The notes: generated by a model from the sequence alone, not told the origin. 64,000 bases of DNA from Vicugna vicugna (GCA_013265495.1 MU057701.1:806001-870000); one strand, 5' to 3'; numbered from the stretch's first letter, positions 1 through 14,300 are shown. Program-made: numbers and translations.

Positions 1-1184
1 CAATCTACATGCACAAATTGGCTCAAATGCCCATCCCCTGGGACAGGACAGGACAGGTGGGGACTTTGGCTTAAAATTAAAAGCCCATGAGAACCATAAG
101 GTGGAGGAGGGGCTGTTCTCAATGGAAAGGAATGTGTGTCAGACAGAAAAGGAATAGATCAACCCTCCAACCCAGTTATCTCACATTTGGGAATTCGTCC
201 CAAGGAAACAATCCAAGAGGAAATGAAAGTAATTTGAATAAAGATGTTTATTACAGGGCTATTTATAAAAGCAACAGATTGGCAGCGTCCCCAAAGCTAA
301 AAACCTGGAAGCCACAAAGCAAAATGTGGTCTATCAGTACAATGGATCCCGCCGATACATGGAACTATTATAGGAAATAATGTTAAATGACAAATGCCGA
401 GCACAAAATGATTTAATTCTCTCCTTACTCCTTACAGGAGTGCTGGGGCTCAGACTCCCCTGGCAGCTGAATGGAACTGAGTCCTCAGGACCAGGGGCCT
501 AAATCAGGGAGTCGTCACTGAATGTGAAGGAGACGGCTGAGCCAAACTGCACAGGAGCTCTGCGGCTCACATTTGTGGAAGAGACTCAGGAAGGGACGTG
601 GGATCAAGGTTCCCAACAAGAGAGAGGAGAGAAAAGTCTGAGCAGATGAGGATCAGATTGGGGAAGGTTGTCAGAGGGAGCTGTGCTGTCCACTGATGTT
701 TAGGGCTGGCTTTTAGGGGTGGCTGGGCTGTCCGAGTGAAGGGCTGGAATGGGGGCAGGCACCAGAGTCTTCTAAATCCCCTAGGCAGGACCGGGCATCA
801 CTCCCCTCACCCAGCAGAGTATCTTAACTGATTCAGGGGAGTGCTTGATGGCGAGATGAGACCAGTAGTCATTCTGCCAGCTCATACCCTTTTGTTAGCA
901 CCAAACATTGGAGCTGGTCCTGAGGCAGGTGGGGGTTCAGTATATCCTGCACCACACATCATATCTGCCCACTTTGACTTGTCTGGGCTGGTAGTGGGGG
1001 TCTGGAAGTTGGTCTGGTGGTTGTAAAGAGTTGTTGAGGATAGAGTGGATCCCCATGAATGGAGAGCAATACCACGACTCTGCCAGATTTGGCATTTCCA
1101 TTTTCATCGAGGCCGGGGGTCATGTATACGTCAGAAGTCACAGTAACTCTTACTTGGGAACAACTTACAGGTGGGCAGAGCCCT

Positions 1185-1535
1185 TGTGGTAGGCAAAATA
1201 ATGACTCCCCAAAGATGTCCTTGTGCTGTAAATAGTTTATGTTACGTGGCAAGGGGGAATTAAGGTAGCTAATCAGATGACCTTAAAACAAGAGAAATTA
1301 TAGTGGATTATCTGGGTGGGCTCCGTGGAATCACAAGGGTCCTTTAGATGTGGAAGAGAGGGGCAGAAAAGTCAGGGCCAGGGAGAGATTTAAAGATGCT
1401 ATGCTGCTGGCTTTGAAGACAGAGGAAGGAGCCATGAACCCAGGAATGCAGAAGCTGGACTCTCAATGCTGCAAAAGGCAAGGAAATAGATTCTCCTCTA
1501 GAGCCTCCAGAGGGAACACAGTTCTGACAACAGCT
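1185..1535 (+). mobile_element. MLT1 (MaLR) solo LTR fragment
   Basis: TGTGGTAGGCAAAATAATG...CCCCAAAGATGTCC start and AAGGAAATAGATTCTCCTCTAGAGCCTCCAGA motifs. Confidence 0.75.
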
Positions 1536-1814
1536 TGAGATCTGGTAACTTGTTTGTTTATTTATTTATCATGGAATATTTCAAGAATAAAAATACAAAT
1601 ACAGCAAAAGTATAACAAACATCCATAAATGTTTACCACTTAAGAAACACAAATCACCAATTCCACTTAGCATTCCTGGGACCTCCTCAAATTGAAAAAA
1701 TTGTGCAGTAATTACCAATATACCCACCATAAGATTCTATAATTTACCTTTGACTATTTGTTTTATCACACATCTGTTCATTTCTCCCCCTGTCTATTCA
1801 TCCATCAACCCATC

Positions 1815-1950
1815 TTTTTTTTTTTCACCCCCCAGGGAAGGAAAGGTTAGATTTGTTTGTTTGTTTGTTTATAGAGGAGGTTCTGGGGATTGAACCCAGT
1901 ACCTTGTGCATGCTAAGCATGCGCCCTACCACTAAGCTATACCCTCTCCC
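1815..1950 (-). mobile_element. tRNA-derived SINE, camelid Vic-1-like
   Basis: Minus strand has A box (TAGCTTAGTGG), B box (GGTTCAATCC) and the family A-rich tail. Confidence 0.85.
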
Positions 1951-2039
1951 CATCTGATTTTTAAATACATGTCAAAATAAGTTGTAAGTATATCAATATA
2001 CTTCATCATACATAGCATGGTGTTTGTTTATGAGTTTTA

Positions 2040-3350
2040 AAATTTTTTAGGCCAAACTTATATACAATGAAATACACAGATATTAAATATGCCCTTTGAT
2101 GAATTTAACAAAGACATGCACCAAAAAACCCTAACCCCTATGGAAATATGCAACATCACTCCATGTTCTTTTCTGTTCAACCTCCCTCATCTCTCCTGGA
2201 GGCAACTTCTATGGTGATTTTTTTTTTTTTCACCATAGATCTAGCTGTTTAAGAACTTTACTTAAACGGAGTGAAATAGTATGTCTTCTTTTGTGTCTGG
2301 CTTCCTTTACTTAACATAATGTTTTGGGGGTTTGTTATATTGTTACATGTATCAGTAGTTGGCCCTTTTTGGCTGCTTAATAGTAGTCCATTGTATGAAA
2401 TACCAAAATTTTAAAGCCATTTTCTTGAATACCTGAACTATTTTCCATTTTTGGCTATTACAATGAAAGCTTCCATAAACGTTTTTGTACACCTGTGAGT
2501 CTATGTGTGCTCACAGGTTTTTGCTGCTCTTGGGTAAATACATAGGAATAGGTTTGCTGGGGTATAAGGTAAGGTGTATGTTTAATTTTATGAGAGACTG
2601 TCACACATTTTCCCAAAGCTGTGCTATTTTAAACTCCCACCAAAAATATACGGGAGCTGTGGTTACTCTACTATCTTCTTCAACAGTTGGTGTTTTCAAA
2701 TCTTGAATTTTAGCCACTTCGGTGGGAGTATCGAAGTATCTCAGTGCGATTTCAGCTTGCCTTTCCCTGATACCTAAATGTCGGAGCGCACTTTTTCATG
2801 TACATATTGGCCATTCATATGTCTTCCTTTGTGGAGTGTCTTTTCAAATCCCTAGTTCATTTTAAAAACTGGATTGTTTTTGTTGTTAAGTTTTAATTAT
2901 TCTTTTTATATCCAGGATACCTCTTGTTTATCAGATATGTATTTTGAAAATACTTTCCCTCAGTCTGTGGTTCATTCATTCATTCATTTTCTTAGTGGTG
3001 TCTTTTGATGAGCAAAAGTTTTAAATTTTAAGAAGTCTAATTTATCAATGTTTTTCTTTTATGGTTATTACTTCCTGTGTCCTAAGAAACCTTTGTCTAC
3101 ACCTGGGTGATGAAGATTGTCTCCTGTTTTCTTCTAGAAGCTTTATAGTTTGATGTTTTATATTTAAGTCTAGGGTTCATCTTGAATTAATTTTTGTGTA
3201 TGGTGCAAAGTAAGAAGTTGAGGTGTGTTTGGCTTTTCACCTTGTATGGATATCTGGTTTTCCAACAACATTTGTTAGAAACATTCTTTCTTTCCCTACA
3301 GGATTGCTTTGATACTTTTGTTGGAAATCAAATGACCACATAAATGTCTA
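2040..3350 (-). mobile_element. Old L1M LINE 3' fragment
   Basis: Antisense L1 ORF2-end and 3' UTR motifs; T-rich. Confidence 0.75.
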
Positions 3351-4592
3351 TTTACGGCGGGACCTCTGTTCTTTAAAAGCTCTTCAGGTGACTGCTGTAC
3401 ATGCCTACAGTGCAAGCTCTTGAGGTCCCAACCATTTGCTGATAAGATGACTAGTGATTTAGAAGTTTCCAGAAATGGAAGCCATGGTAGATGTGTGTCA
3501 GTGTATTTGGGACATGAGAATGTGGTGAACTGTAGGCAGATTTTAGAGTTAAGGTAGGTGGTGCAGCCGTGTTTCCTGGTGGGCAGGGAGCAGAGAGAGT
3601 TCTCTAGAGCTTGACTGATGTCTTACACTGGGAACCCGGGAGAAAGGCCCAGTATAGAGGGTGAGGTCACCCACTTTGGTCAGGGTACCCTTCCCCCTCG
3701 TGATGATGGCCATGGGCCTCAAGGGGACTAGGAGAGGGTCAGTGAGCCCTGAGGACCACAGCTGTCTGTTCTCAGCCAGAGTACCCATGACTCAAGAGCT
3801 GATAGATTTCAGGGACAGTTTCCAGACCACGGGGCCACCAAAAGTTCTTTTGGATCATGTTCAGGGTATTGAATGCTCCTTAGTGACGCGCTGAGTAGTG
3901 TCTCATGTGATCCCAGCACTCATGTGCAGGCTTCTGTCTCCAGGGCACTGACAGCTGTCCAGGTGGAAGAGGGTTCCCTGCGTTCCTTACCTGCCCTGTG
4001 GGACGACTTGGATTTCAGCCCACTGGATGACGGTCTTGCAGAATTGTTTAGACCAGCAGCAACAAACCTGACGTGGCTGCAAGGTTCTAAGGCCATGGGG
4101 CACTGGAGGTGGGGCTTCCCTGCCATCCCCAGCTTTTGTAACAGAGTATCTGCGGAGCAGTTTTGTTCAACTGGCAAATGTGAGGAGCGAAGCCTTTGAA
4201 GACTGTGGTGAGTCATGAGCTGAGCCAAGTGTGTCACGGGCACGCCTGGCTGTCAGGTGAAGGACCCCCCTCCCGGAAGGCTGCCGAGGACACTAGCAGT
4301 TCTGCCTTTCCCACGAGGTCATTGACGTTAGCCAGCACAAGTTTCTTGACATGGAGTTGCAGAGGAGGAAGTCACTTAGGCTGGGGACTTCTTGAGACAG
4401 GCCGGAAGGGTTGGCTTTGAGGATGTCAGGCCAGGCTGATGTGGGAGAGGCCAAGGTCAAGTTAAAAACAAAGAGTTGTTAATCCCTGAAACAGAACACA
4501 CAGTGAGGCTGGTACCAGAGGAATCTCATCTCTTTTCTGAGGTCACTCGGGGCAAACAGGGTGGCAAAGTAGGGGATGGACCACTCAGATTC

Positions 4593-4720
4593 TTTTTTCT
4601 TTTTGCAGAGGGGACGTAATTAGGTTTACTTATTTATTTATTTGATGGAGGTACTGGGGATTGAACCCAGACCTCGTGCATGCTAGGCATGCACTCTACC
4701 ACTGAGCTATATCCTACCCC
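4593..4720 (-). mobile_element. Vic-1-like SINE
   Basis: A box, B box and AAACCTAATTAC tail on the minus strand; flanking CAGATTC repeats. Confidence 0.85.
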
Positions 4721-5100
4721 CATCCAGATTCCTGAGACCCAAGAAACCCTAGATTCTGGAATTACATGGAGGAGAGTGTCCCCAGCCCAAAAGCCCAGAT
4801 CCTTTGCCCTGAGTCTCTAGGAGACACTGCCCATTGCCCGGAATGAATGGGACTCAGAATATCAGTCCGGCTCACAAAACTACAGTTCTGGGGATTGGCC
4901 TGGAGGTGGCGCCCCTGCTGTTGGTCTGGAACCACTGGACCAAGGCCCAGGCAGGTCTGCAAAAGGAAGAGGTTGTTACCCACTGGAAAAGGATGCCCAG
5001 AAGGCTAGGCTGGACCTTTTCATCAGCCCCTGGATAGAGCAGGGGAACGGTCCAAGCCTAAGAGTGCTGCCATGACTTCAAACAGCACAAAACTTACCTT

Positions 5101-5224
5101 GGAGGAGGTTATAGCTCAGTAGTAGAGTATGTACTTGGCATGCAGAAGGTCCTGGGTTCAATCCCCCATATCTCCCTTAAAAAAAAGAGAACAAGTAGAC
5201 CTAATTACCCCCCTCCCCAAAAAA
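5101..5224 (+). mobile_element. Vic-1-like SINE
   Basis: GGAGGAGGTTATAGCTCAGTAGTAGAG...GGGTTCAATCCCC...GACCTAATTACCCC. Confidence 0.85.
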
Positions 5225-5855
5225 GGCTAAGTTACTGGTGGGCTTTAAAAAGAAAAAAGATAAGGAAAATGAAGGTTTTTTTTTTTAAAGACATCTTGAA
5301 ATCAGTCTCAACTCCCATCCCCTCAAATTTCTTCATGTGACATTTCTAATCTAGTCTTAACCACAGAAACCAGAAAATTCTTCTGATAAAATGTGCTCTG
5401 AATGTTTACGGGGCTAAGATACCTCTGGTGTCTTTAAGGAAACGTTGCTAATGCGTCTGTCACCTGTGCCCTGCAGCCTGGCGAGCCCCCTCCTCAGTTA
5501 CGTTGCGCCCAGGGCCCCCTAGTGGAGGGGTCGGGTAGAAGACAGAGCTGCAGGCAGTCTGAGACCCCTTGCTGGATTCCGGATTCTGTTCATTCATTTC
5601 TGGACCACAGCTCTGGCTAGGGGATTCAGTCTGTGTGAACGGATTGAGGCGGGTCTGCAAGACTGCCTTTCGTCCCATGCCTCTGTGATCTGGGTCTAGT
5701 TTTTCTAAACGTGATAGAAGGTGGAGAACCAGCAAAGCAAGGTGCTGTCCTGGATAGTGACTGCTTTAAGACTACAGTAGCCCTGGCTGAGGGCAGAGCT
5801 TCTGAAATAGGTCCAGCCTGGCCATGGCTGCCCTGGAGGTCAGTCTACTGCCTAC

Positions 5856-5860
<5 letters not shown>

Positions 5861-5900
<40 letters not shown>
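5861..5900. repeat. (GT)20 microsatellite
   Basis: Perfect dinucleotide run. Confidence 0.98.
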
Positions 5901-5904
<4 letters not shown>

Positions 5905-7270
5905 ACATTCTCAGAGCAGGGCAAAACAGGTCCTTTCCTGCCAACCTCAGTTGGTGTATATACTATCCCAGCCAAGGTGTGGGTAGCCTCCCCACCCCGA
6001 GCCTCTTATTTATTTTCTGCCTTCAGCATCAGCTGGCAAATGAGTCCCATGTTTCATTTACCACGTTCCCTCCCCTAAAAAAAAAAAAAGTCATTCGTTT
6101 CATGATCAAGCTAACATACATTCACTTTTGAGTAAAGCAAATAAATGTTTAATAAAAGTCTGAATCTCCTAAGACGTTGGCTTTATAGCTTCCTGGCTGA
6201 GAAGGCGGCATCTGTGAGGGTGAGATGATGAAATGGCTGAAATTACCGAGGGTAGCTTGTAGTTGATAAGGAAATAAAAAAATCTTCCGTTCCCTACATT
6301 GCTCGGTGAAAATGACCCATTAGGAGGGAAGACTAAGTGGGGCTTTGAAAGACCTGTACCTGCCTTGCTTGCCATTTGCCAGGGCGGTTCAGGGAGCGGT
6401 GAGGGGCACAGGGAGTAACTGGAGTACGGTGGAAACCCCGTTTAGAAAAAAAAGATGATGTGTACCTTCGCCTGCCCGGCCGGCAGCAGGGGCTGCGAAT
6501 TCTTGAATGGGATGCCCGTGGCGGGGAGGAACAGAGGCAACTCTGTTTGGATAACTGTCCTGACAACATAAGAAAAATGGCATCGGGTGTGGCTGAAGGC
6601 TGGCAGCTGGCTGCTTCTAGGAGAGATGTTCCCAGACTTTGGAGGACTCGGGAATGAAGGCATTAGAAACCACCCTGAATATTTGAAAGCATAAACGCTA
6701 TTTTCAGGCAATGCAATGCTAGCTTGAAACGGATGTCTCTTCCCAGTTTGTTTTATCCTTGCCGTTTTTGTTGTTGTTGTTATTATTATTTTTAATCCTC
6801 TCATTCTCTGCTCAGAATGAGGTAGGTAATTGATTTCCTTATCAAGATGCCGGGCGATACATTTTTCTCGGCTTCCAGGGGCACAGCAAATCTAAAAACC
6901 ATTGTCTGGCTGAAGCAGTTTTCAGCTGCAATCATTTTTATCATCAGGTAAGCCTGCTGGCATATGTTCAAATTTTATTCAGAAGTGTTGCCTTTTACTG
7001 GCCAGGTAAATGATAGCATTCTTTACTTTGTGATTGTGTTGTCCAAAAGTAAAAAAGAATTTCTAGCAATGATCGACATAAAGCTTGTTAGATCATTTTT
7101 AATGGTAATGAATGGGTTCCTGAAGATCTGACGAAAGACAAAACTAGGTCAATTTCAGTAGAGTTTAAATGAGGCAGCAAGAAAGTCCATGGAGAGAAAA
7201 AAATAAATAAATAAAATAAAGAGAAAGTTGCGGAACCACAGACAGTGAAAGAAGAAAATGTAAAGAGTTT

Positions 7271-7385
7271 AGGAGGGAGGATGTAACTCATTGGTAGAGT
7301 GAGTGTGGGTCTGATCCTCATTAAACAAATAAAAAAATAAATATAAATAAACCTATTTGCTTCCTTCCCCTACCAAAAAAAATTT
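7271..7385 (+). mobile_element. Vic-1-like SINE, internally deleted
   Basis: Degenerate head plus family tail; approximate TSD AAAATGTAAAGAGTTTA / AAAATTTAAAGAGTATA. Confidence 0.7.
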
Positions 7386-7639
7386 TTAAGAAAAAATTTA
7401 AAGAGTATAAAAATCACAGAGAAAAAAACAGATCCCTCTTGCATATTTGCATATTTTCTCTGGAGATGTGTATGTAAATGTTAGAAAAGAGACCAGAAAC
7501 CTTATTAATTGACAGTAATAATATCAGTGGAGGGTAACTTTTGTTGCTGAAAGGGTGAGGGGAATCGATTAAAGAAGACTTGAAGCATACTTTTATATAT
7601 TTTTTCCCATTCCTTGTACCACTTATTTATCTTGTCTTA

Positions 7640-8695
7640 ATTTTTATTGAGATATAATTTACATAGCATAAACTTCATCCTTGGAAATAATTGTACAGTT
7701 CAGTGGGTTTTAGGTTATTCACAAAGTTGTGCAACCATCACCACTATCTAATTCCAGAATATTTTCATCACCCCAAAAAGAAGCCTTGTAACCATTGGCT
7801 GTCACTCCCCAGTCTCCCCCTTCCCTGTCTCCTGGCAACCACTAATCTACTTTCTGTCTCTATGAATTTGCTTATCCTGGCCATTTCACATAAATGAAGT
7901 CATACAGTAAGTGGCCTTTTGTGTCTGGCTTCTTTTGTTAAGCACATTTTTTTTTAATTGTGGAAAAATATATATAACATAAAACATTGACCATTTAAAC
8001 TATTTTAAAGTGTATAGTTTGGCAGCGTTAAGTACCTTCACACTGTTGTGCAGTCATCATCACTGTCCCTCTCCAGAACTGCATCGTCCTCCCAAACTGA
8101 AACTCCGCACCCATCAAACACTAACTCCCCATCTCCTCCCCGCCCCCAGCACCTGGCAGCTACCTTCCTACTTCTGGCTCTGTGAGTGTGACTTCTCTAG
8201 GGACCTCATGAAAGTGGACTCATACAGTATTTATCCTTTTGTGTCTGGCTTATTTCTCTGGCATGTCTCCCAGGTTCATCCATGTTGTAGCATACGTCAT
8301 AATGTCCTTCCTTTAAAAGACTGAATAGTGTTCCATTGTATGGATATACCACATTTTGGTTATCCATTCTCAGTCGACGGACACTGGGTTAGTTTCACTT
8401 TGGGGCGATTAGGGATAAGCTACTATAAACATCCATGTACGAGTTTTTGCATGACCATGTTTACAAGTCCCTTGGCTCTGTACCTACAAGTAGAATTGCT
8501 GGGTCATATGGTAACTCATGTTTAACACTTTAGGAGCTGACAAAGTGTTTTCCACATTGCCACCTCACTTTACACTCTCACCAACACTATATAAGGGTCC
8601 CGATTTCCCTACAGCCACCCACACCTGTTGCTTTCCTTTTTTAAAAAAATTATAGCCATCCTAGCAGATCTCCTTATGGTTTAGATTTGAACTTT
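7640..8695 (-). mobile_element. Nested L1MB-type 3' ends
   Basis: Two antisense L1 3' UTRs (e.g. GCAACCACTAATCTACTTTCTGTCTCTATG). Confidence 0.75.
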
Positions 8696-8714
8696 ATAAC
8701 GTTTTTAACTGTTT

Positions 8715-8833
8715 ATTTTGTTTTTGTGTTTGTAGGGGAGGTAATTAGGTTTATTAATTTATTTTTGATGGAGGTACTAGGGAACTGAACCCAGGACCTT
8801 GTGCATGCTAAGCATGAGCTATACCCTCCTCCC
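8715..8833 (-). mobile_element. Vic-1-like SINE
   Basis: Family motifs on the minus strand; TSD TTTTAACTGTTT on both sides. Confidence 0.85.
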
Positions 8834-9404
8834 TGTTTTAACTGTTTAAATCAGGGAAATATATTAATTCTTTTCTTGTATAACTAAGAAAAAAATTATT
8901 TTACAAAAGAAGTGTATCGAATGGAAAGAACAAAAAGTATCTCAGGCTCTGTCACTGTAATTCGGAGATTATTCACTTTTGCTAACAGAGTTTAAGGGTA
9001 AGTCAGAGGAGGGCTCAGGGCTGATGTGAACTGTGGCATTCTTCCTGGGGGTGGGAGTGATGGGGTGGTAGAGATTTAACCTCTGAGTACTTAACAGATA
9101 ATAATCAAAAAACAAACTTTTTGAGAACTTCCCATGTTACCAAACCTTGTGTTAAATGCTTTATGTGTAATTTTTTCATTTAATTCTTCAAATTATCCTA
9201 TACAATAAGTACTGTTTTTATTTTTGTTATACAACTGAGAAAACTAAGACTCAGATAGGTAAAAATTATACAAATGATGCTGTTCTGTGGTAGCCCCAGG
9301 ACTGAATCCAGACCTGATTCCTGGGCATTAACCCGGGACGATTCCATGTCACTTTCCACACACTTCTCTGTGTTCTTCTATAATAAAATAAGAAATAAGG
9401 GACG

Positions 9405-9500
9405 GGGGTGTGGAGAGTAATAGCTCAGTGGCAGGCTGCATGTTTAACATGCACGAGGTCCTGGGTTCAATCCCCAGTACCTCCATTAAAAAAAAAAAGA
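9405..9500 (+). mobile_element. Vic-1-like SINE (short form with poly-A)
   Basis: TAGCTCAGTGG...GGGTTCAATCCCCAGTACCTCC followed by an A tail. Confidence 0.85.
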
Positions 9501-9787
9501 ATCATAATAATTCTTACCACTAACCTTTATTAAGTGTTTGCTGAGTTTCAGGCACTGTACTGGGCTCCTTATGTGCATTATTTTATTTAATACTCATAAC
9601 AACCCTATGAGGTGGGTATGGTAATCACCCCCATTTCACACATGACAAAACAGAGGTCAAGAAACCTGCCCCAGATTACAGAGTTGCCCCAAAAGATTTA
9701 ATCTTCGTGTTTCCCAAATGTGCTGGGTCCAGTCTGTTCAGAATGTTCTTCAGATCTTCACTAGATGTTTTGTGGGTTTTTAAAAAT

Positions 9788-9920
9788 GTTTGTTTTATTT
9801 ACTTTTAGGGGGTAGGTAATTAGGTTTATTTATTTATTTTTAGAGGAGGTACTGGGGATTGAACCCAGGACCTGCTGCCTGCTAAGCAATGTACTCTACC
9901 ACTTGAGCTACACACTCCCC
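9788..9920 (-). mobile_element. Vic-1-like SINE
   Basis: Family motifs on the minus strand. Confidence 0.85.
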
Positions 9921-11248
9921 ATTCAGGTGGTTTCTTTAATATTCAGCTTTGAACTGTGTAAGTCACCTCCTCACAGAAGCCCTCTCTCCCTACCTCACCC
10001 AAAGTAGCATTGCATATACTACAAACATACAGCAGGTGCTCAATAAATATTTGCTGAAGGAGTAAGTAGCAATCACATCCCCCTAAATTGGCTTCCCCCA
10101 TCCCTGCAGTCCAGAACAGCTTGTCTGCCTGGCTCAAGTCCTTCCTTCCCTCCCCTCCACCCCCGGCCCCTGACGATGTCACCTCTAAGAACACGCAAGA
10201 CCACCAGCCCATCAAGTCGTTCCAGTCCCTTCAATCCTGTAAGAATCCTTCGCACTCAGGCTATCCATTAATTCTCCTTTTGCACGGTCAACAGCACCTC
10301 TCTGGAGTCTCTGCTCCATTCTGCTAGGTATGTTTGGAGGAGATGAGTAAGATGCATTTCTACCCTGGGAGGGGGCGCCTTCCCCACTTGCAGATACAAC
10401 ACAGTGGGAGAAATGTAAAAGAGAGAAACACATGATCACCTGGGCAACACGTATAACCAAAACCAAAGAGCTGCATATGCAAGGCTCAATGAGGCTCAGT
10501 AGGGCAAACCCAAGCAAGAGACAGTGTGGCCTTGAACTAACCAGAATTCATCATCAACCTGCTTTAAAAGATGTACAGTGGTGTTGGTTTTGTTTGTTTG
10601 TTTGTTTTCAGTGGCGCTGGTTTTAAATCCTGGCTCCATCAAGCACTAGCCTTGGGACCTTGGGCCAAGGACATAACCTCTCCAGTTTCCACCTAAGGAA
10701 ATCATACCTGCTCCAGAGTGGTGCTTTGATCTAGAGGATTAAATGAGATAATGTCTCGAAATGTGTATGCTTCATCAGTGATCATTTAAAATTACTACTG
10801 AAAAACATTTTAATACAGAAAAAGCCCTTTAGCTCAAAGATATTCATGAAGTGTTATTTATAATAGGAAAAAGTTTGAAACAAACTCAAAATCTTGGGAT
10901 GTTACGCAGCCATCAAATTGTGAGAATGGATTGCACTGTGACAGATACAAGAACCCTAGACAGAATGGTGTATGTGGTGCCATCTTGGCTGTGTAATTAT
11001 ATTTCAAAAGCCCCGGGGCCTCTCCAGTTGGTGGGTTTAAATGAGGCACCTTCACCTTGTACCGAAATTTCTCCACCTCATTGCCCCCACCTGCTCCTGC
11101 AGACCTCTGCAAATGTTCTGGGGGCCCTGGGGAGTAGCTAGAGCATATCAGCTTCCCGTGTCACCCCAGTATTCATAAAATGTCTGTACTTGATAGACAC
11201 AGTCACTGTTTCTCCAGGCCTTTGTTCTTGCCAAGGGCACCTCCTTGG

Positions 11249-11359
11249 AGGGGGACCAACCTCCTGGTTTGCCTGGACCCAAGAAGTTTCAGGGGATGAT
11301 GGGCTGTTAGTGCTAAAACTGGGAAAGTCCTTGCCAAATTGAAATAAGTTTGTAACCCT
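11249..11359. mobile_element. MER81-like hAT-Blackjack MITE
   Basis: About 110 bp with degenerate TIRs AGGGGGACCAAC / GTTTGTAACCCT. Confidence 0.6.
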
Positions 11360-14300
11360 ATCTCACAGCACAGAATACTTCCAAAGATGCAAAAAAATTT
11401 AGGAGTTTGTTTTCTTAGCTGGAGCCAGGCTGTGTTCCTCCCTCAATACGGACTGATGGATTGCACAGAAGACTGGGTGAGCAGAATATTTGTATTTGAA
11501 TTCAGGGAACTTTTATCTCTGGTACCAGGGAAGTGAGAAAACTAATCAAATGATTGTTTGAGAAACAGATTATCAGAGCACAGGTCTGCACAAGGGATGC
11601 TGGTTTGGGAAACATGAGCTCATTGGGTGGCAACGGAAGTCACAGGAGTGGGCTAGAGGGTCCAGAAGATGTGTAAGTAGGACAGAAGCCTGAGGGTGAT
11701 GACATTTGAGCCGATAGATAATGGAAGTCAAGTCCACAAAACAAACTGAGGGGAGTGGTCAAAGAGATCGGAGGAAAAGTAGAATTGGAGGTTTGCCTCA
11801 CTCAGCCCTTGGTTTCCATTTGGCTATGCCTTCCCGCAAAGCCACCTTGCTATTGACTGATCATTCTTTACGTCATTGAATGGACTTCTCTTCCTCTTCT
11901 TCCGGCTCTGAAGTGTAAAGGATTCTCCAAGGTCTACCTGACGTACTCTTTCCTTTCTCTGCACTGTCTTTCATAGCAGTTTAATTGATCCACAGGGCTT
12001 CCGTTTTCATCTCAATGAGGCTGGTTTCCAAGCTATACCTCCAGTTTTAATCTTGCTAGAGCTTTGGTCCACATTTCAAACTGTCTCCTAGACATTTCCA
12101 CCTCATCTTCTCATCCATAAGCCAAATTTGGCCCACCTAAATATGAAACATGGCAGGATCATAATCAGAGACACTAGCATTAGAAGGAAACACAGCGATG
12201 ATCTAATCTGGACCTGCTGAACTAGTGAGCTGTGACACACTGGTGCATGGCAAATGAGGTGTGGGCAGTGGAGATGTTCATCCTCCCAGCCCCGAGAGTG
12301 CCTGGAGCCCCTGGACCAGTCACCTCTGTTCACTATGGCCTCAGCCTCTGATGGCCCTAAGAAAGTGGGGTCTGATAGTAAGCAAGAGGCCACCATTGGC
12401 AGCCAGATGGAGGGCACATCATGTTCTGCACAGAGATGCTGGAGGATCTTGTGTCCCAGGTGCCCAAGGAGTCCCCAAGGAGGAGCACCTAGTGGTCAGG
12501 GTGTTGTGACTGAGTGAGTGTGTGGTGGGAGTTCCGGTGCAGGCAGTTCAGAAATTCCATCTTCACATACTTTTATGTTGGATCGTTTTGTCTATTTGTG
12601 GCCAACTTGCCACCGATGATGTCCAAACTGAGAAGTGACTATTCTAACAGTATCTGTGTTCTGTAAACTAGGGCTCCGTCATTGTTTTGAAATACTAGCT
12701 ATGAACAAGTTTGATTGGATCTAAAATCCAGAAGAAATTTTATAAGCACATTTGTTAGTGAAAGAAAGGAAGAGCATTACATAAAACTTAAATATAATTT
12801 CTACTGTTGTAAATGTTTGAATGGTTATGAAAGATGGTTGTAAATTTCTTTGTATCACCCACTGCTGTGTGGTTTCTTGTCATTTAAAGAGATCAGTGTT
12901 AAAGAATCTCGATCAGGAATTGCATGAGTTACTTAAAACACAAAGCTGAGAATATAAAATTAGGTACCAAGATTCAAGTTCAAGTTGTTCATTGAATAAA
13001 AATGGCTTTTGGAAAAGTGTTAGCAGATTCACCATTTTAATATCTCCTTGAATGCTACACATTTAATCTTTATTTTTATTATAATTCTATTCTATAAAGA
13101 AAACATTTTATCACATCCAGTAAGTCCCTCTAATTATTCCTCTAGTTTTCATTGGGTGCTATAATGTGAAAGGGTTGGAAAGTACAGCTCTAACCCAGCC
13201 CCCTTAACATTTGTGAGGAAATTGGAACCCAATCAGGGTTGAGTGACTCATGTAAGGTCACAGAGTTAATCACTTCCTTCCTAAACCAGCTCCTGTGCTG
13301 ACTTTCTGAGTCTTAACTGCAGGTCTGTGACACACCATCCTCCAAGTCACCCAAGTCCAAGTCAGCTTGGGTTCACTTCTCTCTCACTGTGTCAAGTCCC
13401 ACCCAATATATGTCCCCTCTGATTGAAGGAATCTTCCACACTATAGGAGCTAAAACTCCACCTTGGCCTCCCCTGCAGCGAGACCCTTTGAATTGGAAGC
13501 CAGCAGGGCGATGGGGCCTTGCCCAGTGCCCAGTATTGGTGATGTTACCAGGACAAGCTCAGCCTTGTGCCAGGCAGCAACAGCCATGAGATCTTTACTG
13601 GTTTTGTAGCCTGATTTTGGACATTTTCTGGCTGCGTAGCCTCCGAGCCTGGTTCTTGGGCATCCCCAGAGATTCTGTGAGCTTGAAGCAGACCATGTTG
13701 ACTTCTATGGCTTACAACCAAAACCCAGCTGATAAAGAAATTGGAACCAGAGTGGTTGTAAGCCATAGACTCTCGGGGAAATGGGGTGGGGGTGGTCTGT
13801 ATCTGTCTGTCTAGTCTTTTGAGGCTGATAGGAGAGAAAATGCATTTAGCATTGAGGTCGGAGATTTAACCACCCCATAGCAACTAGGGGCAAAACAATT
13901 CAACAAAACGCTCATGTCATTTGAAATTGAAGACAAGTCTTTAGAAGAGTGAGTGGCTGGAGCCATAGAACGTATAATGGATGTGAGGAGTCCAAGGACT
14001 GTGGGGTGCGAAGGTTTCCTCTGATGTTACTGGATGCTTGGCATCTTTGGATTTAGAAGATGATGTATTCTACATTTGTTTGCTGTTTAAAACTATTTTC
14101 CAAGTGACCTGACCTTGCTAACAATGAGCCACAGTGAACAGCAGAAGGTTCTTAAGCAGATCCCAGCTTCAGTGCAAGGAGTTCTGCTAATCAGTCCTCA
14201 AAACCCAGTGGATACAATGGTCCTCTATGTACTGCTGCATACTGGGACGCTGTATGGAGTCCGTGTCAAGCCCCCCCAGAGAGCATCACTATGTTGTACT

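Noticed and set aside
3545..4420. Cluster of overlapping 70-108-aa ORFs
   Set aside because: No recognisable protein; probably decayed LTR-retroelement internal sequence, too weak to call.
5101..5175. tRNA-like A/B boxes here and in about 17 other places
   Set aside because: These are SINE heads with A-rich tails and TSDs; no intact cloverleaf.
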